NCBI GenBank assembly: GCA_039179045.1
Contig: JBCDEZ010000033.1
Coordinates: 1-17,178, forward strand
Reading direction: 5' to 3'
Length of the DNA: 17,178 nucleotides
Source of the DNA: Chlamydiota bacterium
GTDB taxonomy: Bacteria > Chlamydiota > Chlamydiia > Chlamydiales > SM23-39
The stretch's first letter is position 1; each line of letters starts with the position of its first letter. Below are positions 8,392 through 17,144 of the stretch, piece by piece. Both the position numbers and the translations under genes were made by a program. The notes below the pieces were generated by a model, which was given only the letters and a program-made list of their open reading frames with translations, was not told the origin of the DNA and searched no databases.

Positions 8392-8868
8392 ACTCTATCC
8401 TCAAAAATATACAGTTATTGTACGCAATCGAGCTTTTTCTTCTACCAGTTTCCTGAAAAGAAACTGTTTCCTTTTGTAGGGGCACAAGCTTTTGTAGGTT
8501 TTTGCACTAGTAACCTGAATTAAGGGTTTAGTTAATTGAAAAACAATAGGATAGGAAAAATTTACCCCCAAAACATCTCTACTTGATACAAAATGGTCAT
8601 TTCACAAACACAGAGTCATCACAGAATAGATCAAAAAAATGGTAGATGCAATCCCCTCCAGTAGAGGTATCGGAAATAGATGCCCTCGATACATCCACTA
8701 ACTTAAAAAGCATTACGCAATGTCTTGCCTGAAGATAGCCCATTCTTGATGATGGAAAATCCAAAACTCAGGTTGGTATTGTCTTGCAAGGATGTATTGA
8801 TTGCATATAGGTCTGGCACCACTCTCGAGGGACTATTGATGAGCGGGTATTTCTACGCCGAGATAGAG

Positions 8869-8898
8869 AAAAAACGGGCAGCAAACGCTGCCCGTTTT
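8869..8898 (-). terminator. Rho-independent terminator of the hrcA-grpE-dnaK operon (possibly bidirectional)
   Basis: AAAACGGGCAGC-aaac-GCTGCCCGTTTT at 8871-8898; on the - strand the GC stem is followed by a T6 run; about 20 nt after the dnaK stop. Confidence 0.88.
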
Positions 8899-8918
8899 GA
8901 CGAGGAGAGGCAGTTTGC

Positions 8919-10847
8919 CTATTTCTTCTCTTCGTCATCGAGGATTTCGACCTCTGCATCTTCCACCGTCTCTTTGTCCTCTGTGGAATTGTCGGTTTTT
9001 CCCTGCTCTTCAGCCTGAGAGGGCCCTGCAGATGCTTGGGGATTGTTTTTCAACGCCTCTCCAATTTTCTGTAGAGATTTTTGTAGCTCCTCAGATCCCG
9101 ATTTCATGAGAGCTGTGTTGTTCTCTTCGACTGATTTTTTGAGCGCATCGATCTTTCCTTGGATCTCTGCGATGACATTCTCAGGAAGCTTGGCCTTGTA
9201 CTCATCAAGAGACTTTTGGCTTCGAAAGATCAAAGACTCTGCTTCGTTTTTCGTCTCAATGTCTTCTTTGCGCTTCCGATCTTCCTCTGCGTGGGCTTCG
9301 GCTTCTTGAATCTTCTTTTGAATGTCCTCTTCGGACAGGCCAGAGCGGGATTCAATCCGAATCTTCTGCTCTTTACCCGACTGTTTGTCCTTCGCAGATA
9401 CGTTCAAAATGCCATCAGCATCGAGGTCGAAGGCGACTTCGATCTGCGGAGTGCCTCTAGGAGCTGGAGGAATATCGGTTAGGTCGAAGCGGCCGATCTC
9501 CTTATTGTCCTTAGCGAGGGGACGTTCTCCTTGCAGTACAACGATTGTTACAGCGGGCTGGTTGTCACTAGCTGTCGAAAAGACCTGCTTTTTCTGCGTC
9601 GGAATCGTGGTATTGCGTTCGATCAGAGGAGTCAATACTCCACCTACCGTCTCGATACCCAATGTGAGGGGAACCACATCCAGGAGAAGAACATCTTTCA
9701 CATCTCCTGTAATGATCCCACCCTGTGTGGCAGCGCCGATCGCAACTGCCTCGTCCGGGTTCACCCCTTTATGAGGCTCTTTTCCGAAGATTTCTTTTAC
9801 CTTTGTTTGTACAGCAGGCATGCGTGTCATCCCTCCTACGAGAACAACATCATGGATCTCTTCTTTGCTCACGCCAGCGTCTTTCAGCGCGTTGAGGCAA
9901 GGCTCTACGGTCCTTTCTACGAGATTGGAGCAAAGCCTTTCTAGTTCAGCTCTTGTCAACGTGAGAGAAAGGTGTTTTGGTCCCGAGCTATCCATCGAGA
10001 TGAATGGCTGGTTGATTTCTGTCGACTGGGTACCGGACAGTTCGATTTTTGCTTTTTCTGCCGCATCTTTGATTCTTTGTAGCGCCATTTTATCTTGCGC
10101 AAGATCGATGCCGTGCTCTTTTTTGAACTCGTCCAAAATCCAGTGGATGATCGCATTGTCGAAGTCGTCGCCGCCCAAATGGGTGTCTCCATTTGTTGCG
10201 AGTACTTCGAACACGCCATCTCCAATTTCGAGGATTGAAATATCAAATGTTCCTCCTCCAAGATCGTAGACAGCAATCTTTTTGTCTTCGTTCTTGTCGA
10301 GGCCGTAAGCGAGAGCCGCAGCGGTTGGCTCAGGGATGATTCGCTTGACATCGAGACCTGCGATTCTTCCCGCATCTTTCGTAGATTGCCTTTGGGAGTC
10401 GTTGAAATAAGCCGGGACAGTGATGACTGCCTCTTTTACTTCGCATCCTAGGTAATTTTCCGCTGTTTCTTTCATTTTGATCAGCACTTGAGCTGCGACC
10501 TCTTCGGGAGAAATCAATTTCCCATCTACGTCAAAGGCGACGTCCCCATTGGAGTTTTTCGCAACATGGTAGGGGACAGTTGTGATCTCAGATGAGATCT
10601 CATCGAACTTTCTACCGATGAAGCGTTTTGTGGAGTAGAGGGTTTTTTCCGGATTGGTTACGGCTTGTCGTTTCGCTGGAATCCCTGCGAAGCGCTCGGT
10701 TCCCTTATATGCAATGACCGAGGGAGTCGTTCTTGTGCCCTCAGCGTTGGGGATCACTTTTGCTTGCTTGCCTTCCATTACGGCAACACAAGAGTTGGTG
10801 GTGCCAAGGTCGATACCTATCACATGGTGTTTTTTGTTATTCGTCAC
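8919..10847 (-). CDS. dnaK: Chaperone DnaK (Hsp70)
   Basis: [34 protein letters not shown] and GPKH motifs, acidic tail [13 protein letters not shown] start with SD AAGGAG inside the grpE 3' end (11-nt overlap). Confidence 0.99.
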   Translation of the reverse strand: MTNNKKHHVIGIDLGTTNSCVAVMEGKQAKVIPNAEGTRTTPSVIAYKGTERFAGIPAKRQAVTNPEKTLYSTKRFIGRKFDEISSEITTVPYHVAKNSNGDVAFDVDGKLISPEEVAAQVLIKMKETAENYLGCEVKEAVITVPAYFNDSQRQSTKDAGRIAGLDVKRIIPEPTAAALAYGLDKNEDKKIAVYDLGGGTFDISILEIGDGVFEVLATNGDTHLGGDDFDNAIIHWILDEFKKEHGIDLAQDKMALQRIKDAAEKAKIELSGTQSTEINQPFISMDSSGPKHLSLTLTRAELERLCSNLVERTVEPCLNALKDAGVSKEEIHDVVLVGGMTRMPAVQTKVKEIFGKEPHKGVNPDEAVAIGAATQGGIITGDVKDVLLLDVVPLTLGIETVGGVLTPLIERNTTIPTQKKQVFSTASDNQPAVTIVVLQGERPLAKDNKEIGRFDLTDIPPAPRGTPQIEVAFDLDADGILNVSAKDKQSGKEQKIRIESRSGLSEEDIQKKIQEAEAHAEEDRKRKEDIETKNEAESLIFRSQKSLDEYKAKLPENVIAEIQGKIDALKKSVEENNTALMKSGSEELQKSLQKIGEALKNNPQASAGPSQAEEQGKTDNSTEDKETVEDAEVEILDDEEKK

Positions 10848-11382
10848 GGTTTTTCTCCTTATTCAAATCTATTTCTTCAAAAGCCTCTTCGGGCTGTTTT
10901 TGCTCTGTTTTAGCTACCTTTACTCTAGCCGGGCGGATAATGCGCTTTTCACTTTTGTACCCCTTGGAAAATTCTTCTAAGATCGTCCCCTCTGGGTATT
11001 CGTCTGTGGATACCATTTCGACCGCCTCATGGTAGTGAGGATCAAAGAGGTTCCCTTCCGAATGGAAGGCAACAATTCCATGGTTGTGCAGTACCTCGCG
11101 AAACTGCGATAAGAACATTTGGAATCCAAATGCCCACGTTTTGATCTCCTGAGAGACCTGGTCTGCGGATTTCAATGCTTTCTCAAAGCTATCGATGATG
11201 GGGAGGAATTCTGCGATCGCATTCTCAATCGAGAACTGTACCATCTCGGTCTTCTCCTTTTGCATTCTTTTGCGCATATTTTCCATCTCGGCAAGGGCAA
11301 GTAGATACTTTTGCTTAAAATCCTCCTCAGTCGGGGGAATGTCTTGCTCTTCTTCCTCGCGAAGATCGGTCTCTTTTTCCAT
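10837..11382 (-). CDS. grpE: Nucleotide exchange factor GrpE
   Basis: [30 protein letters not shown] and GY.....IIRPARVKV; located between hrcA and dnaK; SD AGGAG. Confidence 0.98.
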   Translation of the reverse strand: MEKETDLREEEEQDIPPTEEDFKQKYLLALAEMENMRKRMQKEKTEMVQFSIENAIAEFLPIIDSFEKALKSADQVSQEIKTWAFGFQMFLSQFREVLHNHGIVAFHSEGNLFDPHYHEAVEMVSTDEYPEGTILEEFSKGYKSEKRIIRPARVKVAKTEQKQPEEAFEEIDLNKEKNRDE

Positions 11383-11399
11383 GAACTATTCTCCTAAAG

Positions 11400-12497
11400 T
11401 TACTGGCTTTTGTCTTCTAGTAAAATTGATGAACACGCTTCCACGTGATTCTCCGTTTGCAAATCATCGTATGATTTGAAAGAAACACGAAATTTATACA
11501 CGTTTTTTGTCAAAATGTAAGAGAGTTCTTTTGCAAATGTGCGCATTTTTTGGAACAACTCTTGATAGGGCAAGCGAAGCGGTCCTAAAAGCCCGAAGGC
11601 GCCTGCTACGTTGTGATGAATCGAATAAGGCATCAAAAGCACGCTACACTCTTTTTGTAGAAAATCCTCGCCGATGAAGTAGGTCACGCTGTTTCCGCGC
11701 ATGCTTTGGCGCAAGAGCTTTTGCATTAACTCACGATTTTCGAACAAAGAAAGCCCGATTGCTAAGGTGGAGGCTTCTGCAAACTCTGGGTAGAGGAGAA
11801 GCTTAGATAGGCCCGTATGAAACAAGCTCTTTTCTTGCAAAGAAGAGGAGTACACAATGAATCGAACCATCAGCTCGCTGTACAATCTTTGTGCGGTTTT
11901 GAGGAGCTTTTCCCTTTGGAGTACAGGATTTTCTCCCTTGCCAAGGCGCCAGTAAAAGTAACTCTCTAAAAGAGCCAAATCCTCTTGAGAGAGGGGCTCT
12001 TGAGGATAAAAAGTTTCTGTGTGGATAAGGCCGAAATCGGTAATTACCACGCACAAGAGGTGGTTTTGTTCCAAAAGGAGGAAGCGGACGGTTTGGACAA
12101 AATCCATCTCAAAAATAGGTGTTGAGAGAAAAATGGGGCAAGAGGTCTCCTCAGAGAGCGTTTGCGCTGCATGATGCAAAAGGTGAATCAGCTCCTTAGT
12201 AGGAGATTCTTTGAGGCAAAAAAAGGACTTTTCCAAAGGTTCATTCTGGTAGTAATCCGCATAAAATCGATAGGCTTGTTTGGTCGGAACTCTTCCACCA
12301 GAAGAGTGGGGCTGTTGCAAAAAACCCTCTTTTTCCAAGGTGACGAAGTAATTGCGGATCGTAGCAGAGCTGACTCCGCGCAAGTATTTCTGCCGGAGCG
12401 TTTCCGAGCCTACAGGGGTGTTGGTTTTGATGTAGAGGTCTACCACAGCGAGAAGAACGCTTTGTTTGCGCTCTTTTTTGCTCGGTTTTTTCGCCAT
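11400..12497 (-). CDS. hrcA: Heat-inducible transcription repressor HrcA (chlamydial type with C-terminal extension)
   Basis: YI....PVGS..L, SSATIRNY...LE..GFL.QPH.SGGRVPT..AYR.Y and GLLGP.R..Y; C-terminal YKF..SF...ILL tail typical of chlamydial HrcA. Start is ATG 12497 or TTG 12509 (the latter has GAGGT 5 nt upstream). Confidence 0.96.
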   Translation of the reverse strand: MAKKPSKKERKQSVLLAVVDLYIKTNTPVGSETLRQKYLRGVSSATIRNYFVTLEKEGFLQQPHSSGGRVPTKQAYRFYADYYQNEPLEKSFFCLKESPTKELIHLLHHAAQTLSEETSCPIFLSTPIFEMDFVQTVRFLLLEQNHLLCVVITDFGLIHTETFYPQEPLSQEDLALLESYFYWRLGKGENPVLQREKLLKTAQRLYSELMVRFIVYSSSLQEKSLFHTGLSKLLLYPEFAEASTLAIGLSLFENRELMQKLLRQSMRGNSVTYFIGEDFLQKECSVLLMPYSIHHNVAGAFGLLGPLRLPYQELFQKMRTFAKELSYILTKNVYKFRVSFKSYDDLQTENHVEACSSILLEDKSQ

Positions 12498-12569
12498 CAG
12501 ATTCTTCAAAAGATACCTCAGTATATGCCCATTAGTATATCCAAAGGGGGGTATGTTCTGCAAGTGTTT

Positions 12570-12596
12570 TTAGCAATCAAAGAGCAAGATTGCTGA
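12570..12596. promoter_or_regulatory. CIRCE operator (HrcA binding site)
   Basis: TTAGCAATC-N9-GATTGCTGA versus consensus TTAGCACTC-N9-GAGTGCTAA; exact 9-nt spacer; directly upstream of hrcA-grpE-dnaK. Confidence 0.9.
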
Positions 12597-12624
12597 TTTA
12601 ATTCAATAAATGCCTTATAGTCAA
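12596..12624 (-). promoter_or_regulatory. Putative sigma66 promoter of the hrcA operon, abutting the CIRCE
   Basis: - strand TTGACT (12624-12619), 17-nt spacer, TTAAAT (12601-12596); the -10 match is imperfect. Confidence 0.55.
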
Positions 12625-12675
12625 TTTGTTAAAATCTTTGCAAAAGAAGAAGTAAAGGAGGGTAGAGAGACTCTC

Positions 12676-14619
12676 TCAAAAGAAACGAGATCTCGGGAGC
12701 AGACGCAAGCTGTTGCAGCCGACAAGAACGGTTCCCCCCTCATGAAGAATTACCGAAAGCCAAAGAGGCATTTGCCCGAGCAAAGCCGCGCTGCTAGCAA
12801 GTAGGATTGTTGCGATGGCAAGGTACACATTTTGTCGCACTACGTTGTAAGTAGAGTGGGCATGTCCCAGCAGCCAATCAATATCTTCGATTCGATCTCC
12901 TAACAAGATCGCATCTGCTGCTTGGAGTGCCGCAGAAGAGCCGATAGTTCCCAGGGAAATCCCTACACTTGCTCTGGCAAGCGAGGGGGCATCATTCATC
13001 CCATCACCTACCATGATGAGGCCTGCCTTTTTTGAGAGGGTTTCCACTAAGCTGAGCTTGTCTTCTGGTTGCAAGTGGGCAAAGACTCCTTGGATGTCGA
13101 GCTTTTTTGCTACCGAAAAAGCAGAGCTCTTTTCGTCTCCTGTGAGCATGAACGTCTCGAGAGAGAAGCGCTGGTGGAGGGCTTCGATCAGCTTCGAGGC
13201 GCCCTCGCGGATCTCTTCTTCTAGTCGCAGAGAGAAAAGCGCCTCACCGATTAAGACGAATGAGGAGGGCTTGTGACCGGTAGAACCAGGCAGAATTGCC
13301 CCTCTTTTTTCCAGAAACTCTCGATTACCGATCGCGACAAAGTAGCGCTCCTTTTCAAAACGCACATGCCCTTCGATCCCCTGTCCCAGCGTATGGGAAA
13401 ATCCCTCAACCGGAAGGCAAGGCAAGGAGCGCGTCCACTCTTCGACTGCTGTTGCGATCGGGTGCGCTACATGTCTCTCTAAGCTTTTGATGCAGATCAT
13501 AGCCTGCTCCCGAGAGAAGGGATCTCCTTGAATTTGCGTGAATTCGGTAAGGGCGCTCTTGCCGCTTGTGAGCGTTCCGGTTTTATCAAAACAGATGCTT
13601 TTGCAAGCATTGAGAGCGTCTAAAGTAGCGCCACTTTTGAGGAGTATACCCCGCTTGGTGCAGGCAGAAAGAGCCGACAGATAAGCTGTAGGCGCTCCGA
13701 TCATCAACGCGCAAGGAGAAGCGGTGATGAGAAAAGTCAGAGCTCGGTAAATTGAACCTTCTGTCCCTAGGTAACCAATGCCATAGAATAGAGGCAGAAA
13801 AAGAGCAATCCCTAGAGAGGAGCCCATCACAAAGGAAGCGTACTTTTTGCCAAATCGATCGAGCAGAGTCTGCATCTTCGGTTTGCGCGCCGCTGCTTCC
13901 TCAATCAAGGAAATCATCCTTTGCATGGTCGAGTCTTGGGCCGTTTTGGTAACGTTGACTACTATAGCCTCTTTGCAGTTTTTTGCCCCTGCAGGAACGA
14001 AATTCTCAACAGATTTGCGCACAGGAAGGCTTTCTCCTGTCAGGTGCGCAAGATCAAATAACGAATCTCCCGAGAGTATGGTTCCATCTAAAGGAACGCA
14101 TTCACCCACTTTCACAAGTACTTGTTCCCCTAAGGAGATATCTCGTAGGGACTTTTCCACGAGCGCATCTTTTTCGAGAACCAGTGCTTTTTGCGGGTGC
14201 AGTGTATTGAGCTCTCCGAGGGTGCTGTCTGCTTTTTTCGTGATCCACTCTTCCATAGCTCCCGAAAGATCGAACAAGACGAGAAGAAGAGCGCCTTCGA
14301 GGGGGGAGCCAATCAAAAGGGAGAGGAACGCGGCTAGCATCATCAAGGTGTCGATGTTGATCTCGAGGTTGTACACATCTTCTAATGCCCCGAAAAGCGC
14401 ACTTGTTCCACTCAAGAAATAGACAAGGGTTACGAAGAACAATGAGAGAGGACTAGAGGTCCAAGAACTTGCAAAGGCCAATACCAGCAAAAAAGCGGAT
14501 GAAAATGCCTTTTTGAGCTCTGTGTGCCGCGCCCACTGTTTCGAGCTGGGCGTGAGAAAAGGGCTTGTTGCGGCGTCGATGTCCAAAGGATCAGAAGCAT
14601 CAAAAAGGTAGGGTGCCAT
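12676..14619 (-). CDS. zntA: Heavy-metal-translocating P1B-type ATPase, P1B-4 subclass (SPC / HEGGT)
   Basis: LTGES, ASPCAL, DKTGT, HP, MLTGD, GDGMNDAP and HEGGT; no N-terminal CxxC HMA domain. Start placed at ATG 14619 (SD AGGAG, 1 nt after the upstream stop) rather than 14763. The symbol follows the chlamydial zntA/cadA naming; the substrate is not established. Confidence 0.93.
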   Translation of the reverse strand: MAPYLFDASDPLDIDAATSPFLTPSSKQWARHTELKKAFSSAFLLVLAFASSWTSSPLSLFFVTLVYFLSGTSALFGALEDVYNLEINIDTLMMLAAFLSLLIGSPLEGALLLVLFDLSGAMEEWITKKADSTLGELNTLHPQKALVLEKDALVEKSLRDISLGEQVLVKVGECVPLDGTILSGDSLFDLAHLTGESLPVRKSVENFVPAGAKNCKEAIVVNVTKTAQDSTMQRMISLIEEAAARKPKMQTLLDRFGKKYASFVMGSSLGIALFLPLFYGIGYLGTEGSIYRALTFLITASPCALMIGAPTAYLSALSACTKRGILLKSGATLDALNACKSICFDKTGTLTSGKSALTEFTQIQGDPFSREQAMICIKSLERHVAHPIATAVEEWTRSLPCLPVEGFSHTLGQGIEGHVRFEKERYFVAIGNREFLEKRGAILPGSTGHKPSSFVLIGEALFSLRLEEEIREGASKLIEALHQRFSLETFMLTGDEKSSAFSVAKKLDIQGVFAHLQPEDKLSLVETLSKKAGLIMVGDGMNDAPSLARASVGISLGTIGSSAALQAADAILLGDRIEDIDWLLGHAHSTYNVVRQNVYLAIATILLASSAALLGQMPLWLSVILHEGGTVLVGCNSLRLLPRSRFF

Positions 14620-14620
14620 C

Positions 14621-15364
14621 TCAAAGCTCCTGAAAAAAAAGGAGGAGAAGATAACTTCCAATATGCAAGCATACTCCCAAAGATAGTAGCCAGCAGGTAG
14701 AGGCGGTCTTAGCGATGCGCTCTTTGTGGGCAAGGTAGAGGTTTGCAAGGCCCATAGCTCCAAGACAGAGAGTCAAGGAGGGGAAAAACCCTCCAAAAGA
14801 CCAGGTCAAAGTAAAGAGCAAAGAGCAGAGCAGGCTGGTGCAAAAAGCAGAAACTGCCCCTTTCAAAGGGTGTTCGTACCTTCCTGTTTGGATGCCAATT
14901 TCTTCTGTGAGCATCACTTCTAAGAGGCGATGGTCATCGCTCATAAGTGTGGTGACAATATGGTTTAAGATCTCTCCAGAAAATCCTTTAGCGCGGTAGA
15001 GTTCTTCGAGTTCTTCTCGTTCTTGATCCCGGTGGTGGGTGATTTCCCAGTGTTCTTCTTGGATTAGACGGTGGAGCCTTTCCAACTTCCCGAACCCGCG
15101 AAGAGCGGAGAATGATCCCCTCCATAGACTATATGCGAGAGTGAAAGCGAAAAATCCTGGATAGAAAGGGAGCAGTTTTTCGTGCAGCAGAGGAAGGAAA
15201 ATTAGGAAAAGAGCGACAGTCTCTTGCGTGGCGCGCACCCCCGCCTCGAGAAAGCCCGAAAGCTCAGAGGCGTGCGCTTCTTGGGTAAAAGCAGATCCTT
15301 TTTTTCGCGCTTCGACAAGGTGTTCTAAAGCAGGTTTCCCTGCGAAGTGGGTATGCTTTTTCAT
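14621..15364 (-). CDS. VIT1/CCC1-like membrane protein (putative Fe/Mn-binding or transport)
   Basis: Acidic cytosolic segment EREELEELYRAKGF...MLTEEIGI...HPL resembles the VIT1 metal-binding domain, flanked by hydrophobic segments; ATGA overlap with serS. Confidence 0.8.
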   Translation of the reverse strand: MKKHTHFAGKPALEHLVEARKKGSAFTQEAHASELSGFLEAGVRATQETVALFLIFLPLLHEKLLPFYPGFFAFTLAYSLWRGSFSALRGFGKLERLHRLIQEEHWEITHHRDQEREELEELYRAKGFSGEILNHIVTTLMSDDHRLLEVMLTEEIGIQTGRYEHPLKGAVSAFCTSLLCSLLFTLTWSFGGFFPSLTLCLGAMGLANLYLAHKERIAKTASTCWLLSLGVCLHIGSYLLLLFFQEL

Positions 15365-16647
15365 AAAGCCTTCGGTTCAATCTTGGACTGGCCAAGGTAG
15401 GGAATAAGAGCCTGAGGTACATCAATAGACCCCTCCTCATTTTGATGGGTCTCCAACAGGGAAACCATCAGTCTAGATGTCGCAAGGCCCGATGCGTTGA
15501 GGGTATGCGCATACTCTACCCCATTAGCTCCTCGGAAGCGGATGGAAGCTCTTCTCGCTTGAAAAGCGCCGCAGCGCGACACGGAGGAAACTTCATAGTA
15601 GCCTCCTTTATGGTCTGTTGCCTGCGCGGGCAAAAATGCTTCAATGTCAATGGTTTTTTCTGCAGAAAAAGAGAGATCTCCTGTGACAAGGAGCATGTTC
15701 CGGTAGTGTAGGCCGAGCCCCTCCAAGACCTTTTCAGCGGATTGCAAGATCTTTTCAAAAATTTCTGCACTCTCCTCGGGTCTGCAAACCGCAAAGAGCT
15801 CAACCTTGTTGAACTGGTGCATTCGGATCAATCCTCGCTCTTGCCTACCTAAAGCTCCCGCTTCCCTTCGAAAACAAGGCGTGTAGGCTGTGTAGAGAAG
15901 AGGAAGCTGCGATACAATCTCCTCTTGGTGTAGCCCGTTGAGGGGAACTTCCGCTGTAGGAATGAGATAAAAGGGAAAATCGGGATCATGTAGAGCGAAG
16001 AGCTGATCGCGGAATTTAGGCAATTGTCCAGCTCCTTGCATCGTCTTTTCATTGACCAAAAGTGGAGGCATGATCTCTACAAAGCCATTCTGCGCGTGCG
16101 TGTCGAGCATATAGTTCAAAAGGGCGCGCTCGAGGCGCGCTCCCGCCCCTGTGTAGAGCGGCCAGCTTGAACCTGTGATCTTTGCGCTCCTTTTTAGATC
16201 GAAAAGGCCCAGAGATAGCCCGAGCTCTAGGTGGTTTTTTATCGGGAACGGGAAAGAGGGTTTGCTCCCCACCGTTTTCAAAACTACGTTTTTTTCCGGG
16301 TCTGTTGCAACCGGAACCTCTTCTAGAGGGATGTTGGGTAGCTGGTGCATCTCTTCGAAAAAAAGTGCTTTGGTAGCACGCACTGCCATTTGTAGTTCTT
16401 GAACCTGGCTACTCAGTGTTTTCATCCCTTTGAGATCTTCTTCGAGAGATTGTCCCTCTCTTTTTTTCGCGCCAATCACTTTAGAAGCTCGGTTTTGCTC
16501 TGCTCTACACTGTTCGAGCAGGGTGATCTCTTCGCGCAGTTGCCGATCCAAAGAAAAAAGTTTTTCGAGAGAGAGATCAGGGATTTTTCCTCGCAGCCGT
16601 CTCTCCATTGCAGAGGACTCGCATCTCAAACTCTCTATATCCAGCAT
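15361..16647 (-). CDS. serS: Seryl-tRNA synthetase
   Basis: MLDI start, N-terminal coiled coil, LPNIP, LIPTAEVPL, FRREAG, GLIRMHQFNKVE, EVSS, FQARR and HTLNASGLA..R. Confidence 0.99.
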   Translation of the reverse strand: MLDIESLRCESSAMERRLRGKIPDLSLEKLFSLDRQLREEITLLEQCRAEQNRASKVIGAKKREGQSLEEDLKGMKTLSSQVQELQMAVRATKALFFEEMHQLPNIPLEEVPVATDPEKNVVLKTVGSKPSFPFPIKNHLELGLSLGLFDLKRSAKITGSSWPLYTGAGARLERALLNYMLDTHAQNGFVEIMPPLLVNEKTMQGAGQLPKFRDQLFALHDPDFPFYLIPTAEVPLNGLHQEEIVSQLPLLYTAYTPCFRREAGALGRQERGLIRMHQFNKVELFAVCRPEESAEIFEKILQSAEKVLEGLGLHYRNMLLVTGDLSFSAEKTIDIEAFLPAQATDHKGGYYEVSSVSRCGAFQARRASIRFRGANGVEYAHTLNASGLATSRLMVSLLETHQNEEGSIDVPQALIPYLGQSKIEPKAL

Positions 16648-16688
16648 GGTGATGTTTCCTCGAGGTGTTCCTTCGCAAAATATACAGA

Positions 16689-16718
16689 AATATAGAGTGT
16701 TTCTCTACATTCCGTCAA
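16689..16718 (-). promoter_or_regulatory. Putative sigma66 promoter of the serS-VIT-zntA operon
   Basis: - strand TTGACG (16718-16713), 18-nt spacer, TATATT (16694-16689); SD GAGG before ATG 16647. Confidence 0.55.
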
Positions 16719-17053
16719 TGAAATGCACAGCCAAGCGGCCAACAGATATGCTTGTTCTGGGGAGAAGATCGGCGCTACCTCCATTCCAATGCGTGTGGGT
16801 TCGCAGTTGGCAAGTGGACCGAGGAAAAGCTGCGAGCTTCCCTTTGGAAATGAAGGGAACAAGAAAGACAGAAAAAGCTGCATATGTACCCATGTTGGGA
16901 AGAGTTGTCTAAGGAAAGTCTTGCATCCCATATTCCGCACCCTTTACGTGGATTCGTATATTTTTTCAAAAGGAGGTCTTGAATACCGTAAGTATACCCA
17001 TCTTGAATGAAGATTTGCGTAGGCAAAAAAGCGGGATTTTTGTACGAGATTTG

Positions 17054-17071
17054 GGTCTTGTTGAAAAAATC
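17054..17071 (+). repeat. 18-bp terminal inverted repeat (left end) of the IS903-like element, copy 2
   Basis: GGTCTTGTTGAAAAAATC; differs from copy 1 at positions 3-4. Confidence 0.8.
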
Positions 17072-17144
17072 TCTAGGAAAACCTTGATAAAAAGCCCATA
17101 AACAAGCGGGGCTCCTTATCTATAAAAAATCTAAGGAGCTTCTG

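Noticed and set aside
9043..10269. Series of long + strand ORFs antisense to dnaK
   Set aside because: Known shadow-frame effect opposite hsp70 genes; here the frame is broken by stops and has no independent signals.
12664..12677. Small GAGAG/CTCTC palindrome at the ATPase stop as a terminator
   Set aside because: The stem is too short and lacks an adjacent U-tract.
14620..14763. 48-codon N-terminal extension of the ATPase given in the ORF track
   Set aside because: It overlaps the VIT-like gene; ATG 14619 has a clear SD and fits operon spacing.
16790..16930. RNase P-like (GGAAAGTC) or T-box-like leader upstream of serS
   Set aside because: The rest of the RNase P conserved elements are missing, no T-box motif is seen, and the region lies upstream of the predicted serS promoter.
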